A DNA stretch of 64,000 nt, taken from NCBI GenBank assembly GCA_963817095.1, contig CAWFND010000008.1, positions 388,059-452,058 on the forward strand, in the 5' to 3' direction. Positions 8,562 through 19,336 of the stretch are shown here, piece after piece. Source of the stretch: an uncultured Chloroflexia bacterium. GTDB taxonomy: Bacteria; Chloroflexota; Limnocylindria; Limnocylindrales; CSP1-4. How positions within the stretch are numbered: the first letter of the stretch is position 1; every line of letters starts with the position of its first letter. The notes beneath the pieces were generated by a model. It saw nothing but the letters and a program-made list of their open reading frames with translations, was not told where the DNA came from and searched no databases. The translations under genes were made by a program, and so were the position numbers.

Positions 8562-9729
8562 TCAGACGACGCGCAGGTCCAGCAGCTTGCGAGCGATCAC
8601 CGAGCCGCTGGACCTGGCTCGTCCCCTCCCCGATCTCGGTGAGCTTCGCGTCGCGCAGGTAGCGCTCGACCTTGTACTCCTCGACGTAGCCGTAGCCGCC
8701 GTGGACCTGGATCGCGGCATTGGTCACGCGCTGCGTGACCTCCGAGGCGAAGAGCTTCGCCTGGGCAGCGGCGACGGTGTAGTCGCGGCCCTGGTCCTTC
8801 AGCCAGGCGGCGCGATAGACGAGCGCGCGGGCCGCCTCGATCTCGGTCGCCATGTCGGCGATCAGGAACGCGACGCCCTGGAACGTCCCGATCGGCCGCC
8901 CGAACTGCTCGCGCTCCTGCTGTATGCGGCCGCCGCCTCGTACGCGCCCTGGGCGATCCCGAGGGCCATCGCGGCGATGCTGATCCGGCCGCCGTCGAGG
9001 ACCTTCAGGAACGTCCGGAAGCCCTTGCCCTGCTCGCCAAGGAGGTTGTCCGCGGGGATCCGGCGCTCCGTCGAAGATCAGCTCGCCGGTCGCCGAGGCG
9101 TGCAGGCCCAGCTTGTCCTCGAGCCGCCCGACCGAGAAGCCCGGCGTGTCGGCCGGGACGATGAAGGCGCTGATCTCGGCGTTGCCCTTGTCGGTCGTGC
9201 CGGTCCTCGCGGTGACGATGTACGTCCCGGCCTGGCCGGCGTTCGTGATGAACCGCTTGCCGCCGTCGAGGACCCAGGTGTCGCCGTCGGGCGTCGTCTC
9301 GCGGCGAGCCGTCGTCCGCGTCCCGCCGGCGTCGGAGCCCGCGCCGGGCTCCGTCAGGCCGTACGCGCCGATCACCCGGCCCGAGGCCAAGGGGTCGAGG
9401 AAGCGCTCCTTCTGGTCGGCCGTGCCGGCGATCATCAACGGCCCACAGCCGAGGGACGTATGGGCGGCCACGATGATCCCGAGCGAGCCCCAGACCCGGC
9501 TGATCTCCTCGACCGCGATCGCGTAGGCGAGCGTGTCCATCCCGGCCCCGCCGTCCGCCTCGCTGACCGGGATGCCCAGCCAGCCCATCTCGGCGAGCCG
9601 CGCCACGATCTCCGTCGGGAACCGATGGGCGTGCTCGTGCTCGTCGATGACCGGCGCGACCTCGGTCTCCATGACCTCGCGGACCGTCGTGCGGAGGAGC
9701 GCGTGCTCGGGGGAGAGATCGAGGTCCAT
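8562..9729 (-). pseudogene. acyl-CoA dehydrogenase, frame broken three times as sequenced
   Basis: The ACAD sequence (MDLDLSPEH...GAYGLTEPGAGSDAGG...) lies in ORF 8203..9774. The frame is lost after ELIFD (about 9067), regained before [12 protein letters not shown] (about 8917), and the canonical end QRLVIARKLLDLRVV* needs another 1-nt correction near 8600. Confidence 0.8.
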
Positions 9730-9819
9730 GGGCCGAGCGTAGCACCGGGGTGGCGGGCCGAGGGCGAGCGGCACGACCGGTCGGCCACGTCAGAACGCGG
9801 CCGGTGCTAGCCTTCGCCG

Positions 9820-10521
9820 ATGGATCAGGCCGGAGCCGACGCCGGCCGCGTGGCCGCTACACCGGGCGCGCAGCCGATTGCCGCCACATCCCGGGCCCTG
9901 CGTCGCGAGATCCTCGTTCGCCTCCGACGCGACGGGCCGTCCACGCCCGATCAGCTGGCCACGGCCATCGGCGCCAGTCGGACCGGCGTCCTCCAGCAGC
10001 TCCGCGCGCTCGAGGCCACCCACTTCGTGAGCCGCGAGACGATCCGCCACGGCGTCGGACGGCCGCGTCACTTGTACGACATCACGCCCGATGCCCAGGA
10101 ACTGTTCCCGACGAACTACGACGGGCTCGCCGCCGGGCTGCTCGCGGCGATCGGCGCGGTCGGCGGCGACGCGCTGATGGAGCAGATCTTCCAGGCCCGG
10201 CGCCGCCAGTCCGGGGAGCGGGTCCGCCGCCAGCTCGACGAGCGCGTTTCGCCGGACGCCTCCATTGCGGATCGGGTCGCCGCGCTGGCCGCGATCCAGG
10301 ACGAACAGGGGTTCCTCGCCGATGCGGTGGTCGAGCCCGATGGCACGATCCGTCTCCGCGAGCACAACTGCGCGATCCTCGACGTCGCCCGCGGTCAGCA
10401 GACCGCCTGCCAGGCCGAGCTCGACCTTTTCCGGGACGTCCTCGGGGTCGAGGTCGTCCGGGAGTCCCACATCGTGTCCGGCGACCGCTGCTGCTCGTAC
10501 CGGGTCATCGAGCCGGACTAG
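9820..10521 (+). CDS. winged-helix (ArsR/SufR-like) transcriptional regulator
   Basis: ORF 9820..10521 is intact. It has an N-terminal wHTH (ILVRLRRDGPSTPDQLATAIGASRTGVLQQLRALE) and a Cys-containing C-terminal domain. Confidence 0.65.
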   Translation: MDQAGADAGRVAATPGAQPIAATSRALRREILVRLRRDGPSTPDQLATAIGASRTGVLQQLRALEATHFVSRETIRHGVGRPRHLYDITPDAQELFPTNYDGLAAGLLAAIGAVGGDALMEQIFQARRRQSGERVRRQLDERVSPDASIADRVAALAAIQDEQGFLADAVVEPDGTIRLREHNCAILDVARGQQTACQAELDLFRDVLGVEVVRESHIVSGDRCCSYRVIEPD

Positions 10522-10531
10522 CGCCCGCCCG

Positions 10532-12975
10532 TCACTCCGCCTGGAGCACCGGAGCGATGCGCGCCTTGGCGGCCCGCCCGGCGGGCAGGATCGCCCCGCC
10601 GATCCCGATCGCCAGTCCCGACAGGATCAGCACCGCCAGCACGGGTGGGGTCACGACGTCGAAGCTCGAGGCCGGGACCGCGGTCTTCGCCGCCACCTGG
10701 CCCATGTAGTCGAGCACGGCGCGCTGCGCGATGAACCCGAGCGGCACGCCGATCAGCCCTGCCAGGAGGCCGATCGGCACGATCGACGAGACGACCATCT
10801 CGATGACCTGACGGGGCGTGAGGCCGATCGCTTTGAGGACCGCGAGCTCGTGGGTCCGCTGGCGCGTCTCGAGGAGCACCGTGTTGAACACGCCGCCGAC
10901 CGAGATCGTGACGAGAACGACGCCCATCAGGCCGACGACCGACAGGAAGAGCAGGAACGACTCGTCGCTGGCGTGGATTTGGACTCGACGTCGATCGGGA
11001 CGGCCAGGTTCGTGGCCGTCTGGAGCGCGTCCACGTAGGCGACGGACCCCGATTCCGGCGGCCGGCGCCATCTCCCATCGGTCCGGCTGGATCCCGGGTT
11101 CGAGCGACGCGGCGTCGTCCCACGCTCCGCGGAGGAGGAGGTTGTCGTGGCCCTCCGGGCGACGTCGAAGATCTCGCCGACCAGGCGGACCGACGACCGA
11201 CTGGCCGGCGCGGACGATCGTCAGGCTGTCGCCGACGTGGAGCCCCGACACCGTGAAGAAGTTCGTCGGCGCGACCGCTTCGCCCGGGCCGCTGAACCAG
11301 CGACCGGAGATCAGGCGGTAGCCGAGCCAGCCCGAGTCGTTCCGATATCCGATGAACGGGACGGCACCGACCTGCGGGGCCGTCACCTCGGTGTCCGCGA
11401 TGGACACGAACTGGCCCGTATCCGGCTCCGCCGCGATGGCGTCAGTGATTTCGGCCGGGGTCCATTGGCCCCCCTGGAGTTCGGCCCGGACCGGGCTCGC
11501 ATGGCTGCGGTCAAGGTCCTCCTTGATCCGCAGGAGCGAACCGTTGAGGGCGATCGAGAACGTGGCGGCGGTGACCCCCACGACGAGCGCTCCGAGGGTC
11601 ATCGCGGCGCGCGAGGGACGGGCGACGCCCCCGGCCACGCCGAGCCGGACCGGCAGCCCGAATGGCAGCCTGAGCCCGAACCGCCGCAGCCGCCCGCCAT
11701 CCGGCCGGACGGACGGTGCGGCTCCGTGGGCGATCGCCGCAACGGCGCTCAGTCGGCCGGCCCGGACCGACGGCAGGAGCGCTGCCAGGATCGCGGTCGC
11801 GACCGTGATCAGCAGGACTACGGCAATGACCGGTACGGACACCGCGGGACGCCGCCGGCAGCCCGAACGATTCGGCGGTGCTGGCCACGATCGGCAGGCT
11901 GGCGAGCGTGCCGAGAACGACGCCGACGACCGCCCGACGAGGGCCGGGGCAAGGATCTGGGCGACGAGGATCCCGCTGACCTGGCGCGGCGTGAACCCGA
12001 CGGCCTTCATCACGCCGATGTCGCGATAGCTCGTCAGCACGATCCCGCCGACGACGTTGGTGATCGTGAACGCGGCCGCGAGCAGGGCGAACACGGAGAA
12101 GGCAAGCAGGACCGGTACGTAGAGGTCGGCCAGCCGGTCGACACCGACCTGGAGGTCGAGATACGTCGTCGAACGCTGGTGACCGCGATGGCCGGGAGGT
12201 CATGGGTGATCGCTCGACGAGGCGGCGGTCAGGTCGGCGGCCGACGCGGACGGATCGACTCGATAGAGCATCTGCTGCGTCCGGCGCGTGCCCAGGGTGA
12301 GGGTCGCGATGTCGGCCGGGCTGATCCAGGCCGCGACGTCCGGAGTGCTGACCGATGCCGCGATGCCGACGACGGTGAGCGTCAGCGACGGCCGCGTTGC
12401 GACACTATCGCTGGACGCGGGATCTCCGCCCGGCTGCCTCCTTGCCCGGGCCGCCGGGCTGCGGCGGGCTTGCCCACGGTCGTGCGGCGGCGGTGCCGAG
12501 ACCCGGATCGTGTCACCGACCGACGGTCCATGAGCCGGCGGTGTCCTGGTCGAGGACGGCCTCGCCGGGCGACTGCCCACCAGCGACCGGCCAGGATCGT
12601 GACCGCGTCGATCGACCGCATCCGGGCCGAGCACGCCCGGACAGCTCCACGCCGATGATCAGGCCGCCCTTCGGAGGTCGCCGAGCGAGCCGGCCTGCGT
12701 GACGGGCCACGGCCCGGCGGCTCGCCGTGACACCGGTGGCGCGGCCGGTCGCGGCGACCGTTCGGGGCGCCACCGTCGCCGCGCGTAGTCGACGACGAGA
12801 TGGGCGCCGTTCGCCGCGGTGAAGGCCGGATCGAACGGCGCTCTGGGACTCGACCAGGACGCCGAGGGCCAGGGTCGCGGCGCCGCTGGCCAGGAACAGG
12901 ACGACCGCGATGACCAGGGCCTGGAGCCGGCGCCGGCGGAGGTCGGCAAACGTCTTGCGTCCGCACGGCGCCCAT
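10532..12975 (-). pseudogene. ABC exporter permease with two FtsX domains (MacB-like), multiple frameshifts
   Basis: The C-terminal FtsX domain is intact (ORF 10532..12094 tail, LKAIGLTPRQV). The first FtsX domain and the periplasmic part are split over at least three frames (ORFs 10532..12094, 11511..12203, 12200..12634, 12659..13879). The start ATG at 12975 overlaps the ATPase stop. Confidence 0.7.
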
Positions 12976-13668
12976 CACGCGGCCATCCGGGTGGGCTGGT
13001 CGCCGACGATGACGCCGTCGACGAGCCGGACGATGCGGTGAGCGGCGCGTTCGGCGAGCGCGCTCGTCGTGGGTCACGAACAGGATGGTCTGGCCTCGCC
13101 GGTTCAGGTCCACCAGCAACGCGAGGGCGACTTCGCCGTTGTGGCGATCGAGGGCGCCCGGTCGGTTCGTCGGCCAGCAGCACCGCGGGCCGGTTGACGA
13201 TCGCCCTCGCGATCGCGACTCGCTGTCGCTCGCCGCCGCTGAGCGCAGCCGGGAACTTCCGCGCTGGTGCCGACAGGCCGAGCTGGGCGAGCATCTCGTC
13301 GGCCTGCGGCTTCCGCGTCGGTGCGACCGGCCGGTCAGGAGCGCCGCCACGGCCACGTTGTCCCGGACGGACAGGTCGTCGAGCAGGTGGAAGAACTGGA
13401 AGATGAAGCCGACCTTCGGCGCCGGAACCGGGCCGCGGCGGCCTCGCCGAGGCCGTCCACGCGAATGCCGTCGACCACGACCTCGCCGCTCGTCGGGCGG
13501 TCCAGGGCACCGACGAGGTTGAGAAGCGTCGACTTGCCGCAGCCGGACGGACCCATGATGGCGGTGATGCGGCCGGCCTCGACGTCGAGGTCGATCGCGT
13601 CGAGGGCCGGGCTGGGCGGCGCCGTCGTAGCGCTTGGTTACGGCGCGCAGGGTGATGAGCGGTTCCAT
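12975..13668 (-). pseudogene. ABC transporter ATP-binding protein, multiple frameshifts
   Basis: The conserved motifs sit in three different frames. Walker A (GPSGCGKST) is in ORF 13335..13556. The signature and Walker B ([23 protein letters not shown]) are in ORF 12659..13879. The N-terminus and H-loop ([20 protein letters not shown]) are in ORF 12382..13668. There is a GGAGG 6 nt before the ATG at 13668. Confidence 0.8.
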
Positions 13669-13755
13669 GCGGAGGCCTCCTGAGCGACGGGTGTAGACGC
13701 CGCGAGCGCTGACGCCGAACGTCAGCGGATGGTCGTCGGTCGACGGGCGGGATCG

Positions 13756-13807
13756 GCCTCATCCGAACGGGACGGTAGCGGTCGGACCTCGATCGTTCGG
13801 ATGAGGC
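13756..13807. promoter_or_regulatory. 14-bp perfect inverted repeat in the divergent ABC / two-component promoter region
   Basis: GCCTCATCCGAACG (13756-13769) and CGTTCGGATGAGGC (13794-13807), separated by 24 nt, lie between divergent starts 13668 and 13863. Confidence 0.4.
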
Positions 13808-13862
13808 GGCCTCGATCGCGCGCGCTGATGCCGGTCCGGCTCGTCGCGTCCAGAGCGCGGGG

Positions 13863-15043
13863 ATGACGCCACTGATCACCGGCCGCCGACCGTGGCTGAC
13901 CTTCGTCCTCGACGTCGGTCCGGTCGTGGTCCTCGTCGTCCTGTGGCGCTCATCCTCGGCATCATCGAGCGCGAGCTCCGATTGGCCGCGGCCCTGGCCG
14001 TCGATCCTGCCGCTGCTCGTTCGCCGACGATGGCCGTTCCCGGTCTTCGTCCTCGTTGCGGTCCTCGCCGTGCGGTGTCCGGCGACCTGTCCGACGCCGT
14101 GGATCCCGGTGGCTGGCCGTCGCGCTGGCGAGCTTCACGGCCGGGCCGAGGCGAGCAGCGACCGGACGCGATCCGCCCTCGGCATCATCGCGCGTGGCGG
14201 CGCTCATGACGGTCGGGCTTCCTCGCCCAGGACGTCGGAGCCGGTCCAGTCGCTCGTCCTGCCGTTCGTGGTGGTCATGCCCGCGTGGCTCATCGGCGAC
14301 GTCTTCCGGACGAGGAGCCTCGACGGCGGCGCGCTGCGCGGACGAAGCGGCGCGGCGCGATTCGCGCAACAGGAGGACCGACTCCGGGCCGCCGTGGCCG
14401 AGGAGCGACGGCACGATGGCCCGGGAGCTCCACGACGTGGTGGCGCACGGCGTGAGCGTGATGGTCATCCAGGCGGGCGCGGCGCGTCAGGTCGTCCGCA
14501 GACGTCGCCCGATCAGGCAGATGAGGCGCTGCTGACGATCGAGGCGACGGGCCGCGAGGCGATGGCCGAGCTGCGACGGCTGCTCGGCGTGCTGAACGAC
14601 GACGGCGAGGCGGCCGGCCTCGCGCCCCAGCCCGGGCTCGAGCCAGCTCGGGGCGCTCGTCGAGCGCATCCGGCAGGCGGGCCTGCCCGGCGGAGCTCGA
14701 GATCGACGGCACGCCGCAGGCCCTGCCGGCGAGCCTCGACGTCGACGGTCTACCGGATCGTCCAGGAGGCCTTGACGAACGCGCTCCGCTACGCCCGCCG
14801 GCCCGGCCACGCTAGTCCACCTGACGCTACGAGCCGGACCAGCTCCGGGTCGAGATCCTCGATGATGGGCCGGCCGCGACGGGCCGATCCCGCCGAGGGC
14901 TCCGGACGCGGGCCTGGTCGGCATGCAGGAGCGGGCCACGCTCGGCAGGTGGCCGGCTCGAGGCGGGACCGCGTCTGGGCGGCGGGTACGCCGTCCGGGC
15001 GCCTGGCTGCCCGCTGCCGCGTCGAGCCGCCGGTCGGCGATGA
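13863..15043 (+). pseudogene. sensor histidine kinase (NarL/DesK-type HisKA_3), multiple frameshifts
   Basis: The H-box ARELHDVVAHGVSVMVIQAGAA is in ORF 14056..14535. The dimerisation and ATPase motifs (EAMAELRRLLGVL, VYRIVQEALTNALRYA) are in ORF 13863..15239. The C-terminal G-boxes need further frame changes. Confidence 0.7.
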
Positions 15044-15059
15044 GCTTCGGGACGGCGCC

Positions 15060-15829
15060 GTGACCGGCCGTCGCCGCTGCGCGCGTCCGGTCATCGCGGA
15101 CGACCAGGCGCTGGTGCGGGCGGGGTTCCGGATGATCCTCGAGGCGCAGGCGGACGTCGACGGTGGTCGGCGAGGCGGCCGGACGGCGACGGCCGCCGTG
15201 CGGCTTGCGCACGGCGGTTTCGACCGGACGTCGTGCTGATGGATATCCGGATGCCCGGCGTCGACGGGCTTGAGGCGACGCGGCGTCTGCTCGGATGGCG
15301 GCGGCGGGCATCGGCCCCGAGGTCGTGATCCTGACGACGTTCGACCTCGACGAGTACGTCTACGCGGCGCTCCAGGCGGGCGCGAGCGGATTCCTGCTGA
15401 AGGATGTCTCGCCGGAGCACCTGGTCGGCGGCCGTCCGGACGGTGTCGGTCGGGGACGCGCTCCTGGCCCCATCGATCACGCGGCGCCTCGTCGAGCGGT
15501 TCGCCCGACCGGCGCCGCGACTGCTCGGCGCGCCGGAGGCGCTGGCGACCCTGACGGCGCGGGAGACCGAGGTCTTCGGCCTCGTGGCTCGGGGCATGAG
15601 CAACGCCGAGATCGCCGACGCGCTCGTGGTCAGCGAGGCCACGGTCAAGACCCATGTCGCCGGGATCCTCGCCAAGCTCGATCTCCGGAACCGCGCCCAG
15701 GCGGTCGTCCTCGCGTACGAGACCGGGGTCGTGCGAGCCGGCGCGCCGGCCGAGGCGCTCGCGCCTGTGGCGTCCGCGCCCCGGGACCGGCCGGCCGCAC
15801 AAATCAATGGTTCGCGAGGCGAACCGTGA
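15060..15829 (+). pseudogene. NarL/LuxR-family response regulator, frameshifted
   Basis: The receiver domain is split across three frames: VIADDQALVRAGFRMILE (ORF 13863..15239 tail), MDIRMPGVDGLEATRRL (unlisted frame) and VVILTTFDLDEYVYAALQAGASGFLLKD (ORF 15295..). The GerE HTH is intact in ORF 15404..15829. Confidence 0.75.
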
Positions 15830-16337
15830 GCGGTCCGGTGGTCGCGAAGTCCGACGTGAAGCCGTTCTCGTCGACGAGGTCGACTGACGCGCCGACCACC
15901 GCGGTCCCGTTCTTCCACGGCGCCACGGCCGCGGTCACCGGGACGACAATCGTGTTGACGGTCGAGCCGTCGCAAACGGCGGTCGCACCGAAGAAGCCGC
16001 GCGCTCTGGCCCCAGGCGATCGTCTTGCCCTGGGCCTGGATGATCGTCGCCCCGCCGTCCTCGAGATGGCCGACCGTGGTCTCGATCGTCTGACCGGTCT
16101 CCCAGTCGAACACCTCGAAGGGCTGGCATGTGTAGGCGATCGTCACGTTCGCGACGAGCTTGGCGATGACCGCGACCGACGTCACCTGGATCGTCGCGTT
16201 CCGCGAGACCGCGGGCTGGATCGGAGGGGCGCCGCCCGTCGTGTCGGCGAGCGCGGCACCCGGCCGGCGAATGCAACGGCGACCGCCCCGGTCGCGATGG
16301 CAAGACGCGCTCGGCGTCCCATCGACGTGATGTGCAT
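15804..16337 (-). pseudogene. secreted hypothetical protein, frameshifted
   Basis: The signal peptide MHITSMGRRARLAIATGAVAVAFA is in ORF 16182..16379, the middle in ORF 15091..16560, and the C-terminal part (RGFFGATAVCDGSTVNTIVVPV...LTVRLANH*) in a third frame. Confidence 0.45.
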
Positions 16338-16438
16338 GGCCTTCGGCCCTCCTGCGGACCGGCGCCGGAGCCGGCGCACAGCGGTCCGAGGGAGTGACGC
16401 AGTACCGGGATCGACGTTTCCGCGGCCGACCGAGGTGC

Positions 16439-17524
16439 CTATGCCTCCTCGCGCTCCACGACCTCGCGGGATGCGGGCTCGAGCCGCGGCGGGGGCACAT
16501 CCGAGACATTCGGCACGAACGACGCCGCGAGCGAGGTCGCCGCCGCGACCTCCTGGTCATCGACCGTGAGGATGCCGAGCCGGCCCAGCGACGCCATCTC
16601 GTCGCGGATGTACGTCTTGAGCATCTCCGGGCCGTCCGTGTTGATCGTGAACCGGATCTCGTTCCGCCGGAGCGTGTCGAAGATCCAGCGGAACTCGTCC
16701 CAGCCGGACACGACGCGGGTGTTCAGGTTGGAGCTCGGGCAGATCTCGAGGACGATGCCGCGCTCGCGGATCATTGCCAGGGCGCGCGGATCGTAGGCCG
16801 CCTTGACGCCATGCCCGATCCGGTCCGGCTCGAGCAGCTCGACGACCCGGGCCACCTCGTCGATCGGGCCCGCCTCCCCGGTGTGGACCGTCAGCCCCAG
16901 CCCGAACTGGCGGGCCCGGCGGTACAGCCGCCGGTAGTCGGCGACGCGGAAGGTGGCGCTCTCGGGTCCCGCGATGTCGACCCCGACGACGCCGCGATCG
17001 CGCCAGGCGATCGCCTTCTCCACGATGATCTCGTTCAGCTCGAAGGGGAACGCCCGATCCAGGCAGAAGATCAGCCCGGGCTTGACCGGGTATTCGAGAC
17101 CTGCCCGGTCCATCCCGCGGGTCGCTGCCGCAATGATGTGGTCGAGGTCCTGCTCGCCCCCGCGGTTCCGCTTCATCGGGTTGAAGCGGAGCTCGGTCGT
17201 CGTCACGTTGTTCTTGCGGTAGGCGCCGCCGATGACCTCGTAGACCGCTCGCTCGACCGCGATCGGCGAGCTCTGGATGAGCTCCGTCCAGTGGAAGAGC
17301 TGGAGGTAGCCATCGAAGCTCCGGGCCCGCTTCTCGGACACGGTGATCGTGTCGCGGAACTCCCAGTAGTCGCGGGTCGGGAGCTTGATCCCCTGGGCGT
17401 GGGCGATGCTCCACATGATCGCCGGCGTCACCGCGCCGCCCAGATGGCAATGGAGCTCCGCGAGCGGGATCTTCCGGGAGAGCAGGCGTGCCATCGCCAG
17501 CAGCATATCGGGCGACGCCGGCAT
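16439..17524 (-). CDS. add: adenosine deaminase family protein
   Basis: C-terminal 361 codons of ORF 16439..19078 from the ATG at 17524. It has the metal-binding motif ELHCHLGG, then TVHTGE and RIGHG. The gene is intact. Confidence 0.8.
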   Translation of the reverse strand: MPASPDMLLAMARLLSRKIPLAELHCHLGGAVTPAIMWSIAHAQGIKLPTRDYWEFRDTITVSEKRARSFDGYLQLFHWTELIQSSPIAVERAVYEVIGGAYRKNNVTTTELRFNPMKRNRGGEQDLDHIIAAATRGMDRAGLEYPVKPGLIFCLDRAFPFELNEIIVEKAIAWRDRGVVGVDIAGPESATFRVADYRRLYRRARQFGLGLTVHTGEAGPIDEVARVVELLEPDRIGHGVKAAYDPRALAMIRERGIVLEICPSSNLNTRVVSGWDEFRWIFDTLRRNEIRFTINTDGPEMLKTYIRDEMASLGRLGILTVDDQEVAAATSLAASFVPNVSDVPPPRLEPASREVVEREEA

Positions 17525-17563
17525 CTCGCACGGTGGGCTCGACGCGGCCGGTAGGATGCCGCC

Positions 17564-18256
17564 ATGGACCGCCGCCAAGCCCTCGCCATGTTCCGCGGCA
17601 TCACCGCCGTCGTCGTCCTCGCGGCGATCGCCTACCAGGTCTACCTGAACATCGACAGCGGGCTCTTCCGGCCGCTTCGCTTCTTCGCCTTCTTCACGGT
17701 GCTCAGCAACCTGTTCGGGGCGTTCCTCTGGCTCTCCCTCGCCGCCCGCTGGCGAAGGACCCGCACGCGCACTGATGACCTCCTCCGCGGCGCATCGACG
17801 CTGTACCTGGTCGTCACCTTCGTCGTCGTCGTCGTGCTGCTCTCCGGCGCGGAGCTGCAGGTGGCCAACCCGGCGGTCGACTTCGTCGTCCACAAGCTGT
17901 TCCCGATCCTCGTGGTGGTCGACTGGCTCGTCGACCCGCCGGAGACGGACCTCCGGATGCAGGACGTGGCGCTCTGGCTGATCTTCCCGCTCATCTGGGT
18001 CGTCGTGACCCTGATCCGGGGCGCCGCCGACAGCTGGTACCCGTATCCCTTCCTCGACCCGGACAACGGCGGCTATCGCTCGGTGGCGTACCACGTCGTC
18101 GCGATCTTCGCGGGGTTCATCGTCATCGCCGGGGCGATCATCGCGCTCGGCGACGTCGGTCGCGATCGGCGGATCCGGCGGTCTCGGGCAGCGAGCAGCG
18201 GATCGGGCGGGGCCGGGGCGCCGGAAGGGGGCAGCGGCCTGACACTGCCCGGCTGA
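17564..18256 (+). CDS. integral membrane protein (possibly Pr6Pr family)
   Basis: ORF 17564..18256 has six hydrophobic helices and a WYPYPFLDP motif. Confidence 0.55.
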   Translation: MDRRQALAMFRGITAVVVLAAIAYQVYLNIDSGLFRPLRFFAFFTVLSNLFGAFLWLSLAARWRRTRTRTDDLLRGASTLYLVVTFVVVVVLLSGAELQVANPAVDFVVHKLFPILVVVDWLVDPPETDLRMQDVALWLIFPLIWVVVTLIRGAADSWYPYPFLDPDNGGYRSVAYHVVAIFAGFIVIAGAIIALGDVGRDRRIRRSRAASSGSGGAGAPEGGSGLTLPG

Positions 18257-18276
18257 CGCGCGGTCCGCGCGTCGGG

Positions 18277-19326
18277 TCAGCTCGCGGCGGGAACGAGCCG
18301 TCCCTCGGCATCGAGGGTGGCCTGACGACGGCGGAGCGAGCGGAGCTCGGCGCCCGGGACCTGGTCGCGAGCGTGGTACGACGACCGGACGAGCGGCGCC
18401 GATTCGACGTGCTTGAAGCCGATCGCGAGCGCCGCCGCCTTCATCTCGGCGAACTCGTCCGGGTGGTAATAGCGCGCGAGGGGCAGGTGCTGCTCCGACG
18501 GGCGGAGGTACTGGCCGATCGTCAGGATGTCGACGTCGACGGCGCGCAGCGCCTCGAACGCCGCGGTCAGCTCGTCGCGCGTCTCGCCGAGCCCGACCAT
18601 GAGCGAGCTCTTCGTGTGGGCCGCGTATCCGATCTCGACCGACATCTCCTTCGCCCGGCGCAGGACGTACAGCGAGCGATCCCAGCGCGCCCGCTTGCGG
18701 ACCGGCTTCTGGAGCCGGCGAACCGTCTCGAGGTTGTGGTTGAGGATGTCGGGGCGAGCCTCCATGACGACCCGCAGGCGGTCGTCGGAGCCGTCGAAGT
18801 CCGGGATCAGGACCTCGATGCCCATGCCCGGGCTCGTCTCGCGCATCCGGGTGATCGTCTCGGCGAAGATGCGGGCGCCGCCGTCGGTCAGGTCGTCGCG
18901 GGCCACGCTCGTCACGACGACGTGCTCCAGGCGCATCGCACCGACGGCTTCGGCAACCCGCCGCGGCTCGTCGTCGTCGAACCACGTCGGGCGACCGGTC
19001 TTCACCGCGCAGAAGCCACAGGCCCGGGTGCATGTATCCCCGAGGATCATGATCGTCGCGGTGCGCTGGTCCCAGCACTCCCCGATGTTCGGGCAGTGGG
19101 CCTCCTCGCAGACCGTGTTGAGGTTCAGGCCGCGGAGCAGGCCCTTGAGGTCGTGATAGTTCTCGCCTGACGGCAGCCGCGCCTTGATCCAGTCGGGATG
19201 CCGGCGCAGGGGCGTGAGCGTTGCCGGACCGATGCCGCCCACCGCGATCGTGGGCGGGCCCGCCGGCGCGTGGTGGGCGCCGTGGCCGGCGGGGGCCGGT
19301 TCGAACATCGGGAGCTCGCGTGCCAT
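18277..19326 (-). CDS. lipA: lipoyl synthase
   Basis: ORF 18277..19326 has both radical-SAM/lipoyl synthase cysteine clusters ([12 protein letters not shown] and [10 protein letters not shown]). Confidence 0.9.
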   Translation of the reverse strand: MARELPMFEPAPAGHGAHHAPAGPPTIAVGGIGPATLTPLRRHPDWIKARLPSGENYHDLKGLLRGLNLNTVCEEAHCPNIGECWDQRTATIMILGDTCTRACGFCAVKTGRPTWFDDDEPRRVAEAVGAMRLEHVVVTSVARDDLTDGGARIFAETITRMRETSPGMGIEVLIPDFDGSDDRLRVVMEARPDILNHNLETVRRLQKPVRKRARWDRSLYVLRRAKEMSVEIGYAAHTKSSLMVGLGETRDELTAAFEALRAVDVDILTIGQYLRPSEQHLPLARYYHPDEFAEMKAAALAIGFKHVESAPLVRSSYHARDQVPGAELRSLRRRQATLDAEGRLVPAAS

Positions 19327-19336
19327 CGCGCGAAGT

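Noticed and set aside
9740-9809. 9-bp inverted repeat TAGCACCGG / CCGGTGCTA between the ACAD and wHTH regulator starts, considered as an operator.
   Set aside because: It is short, has a long 52-nt spacer, and is easily produced by chance in GC-rich sequence. I kept it only as a note.
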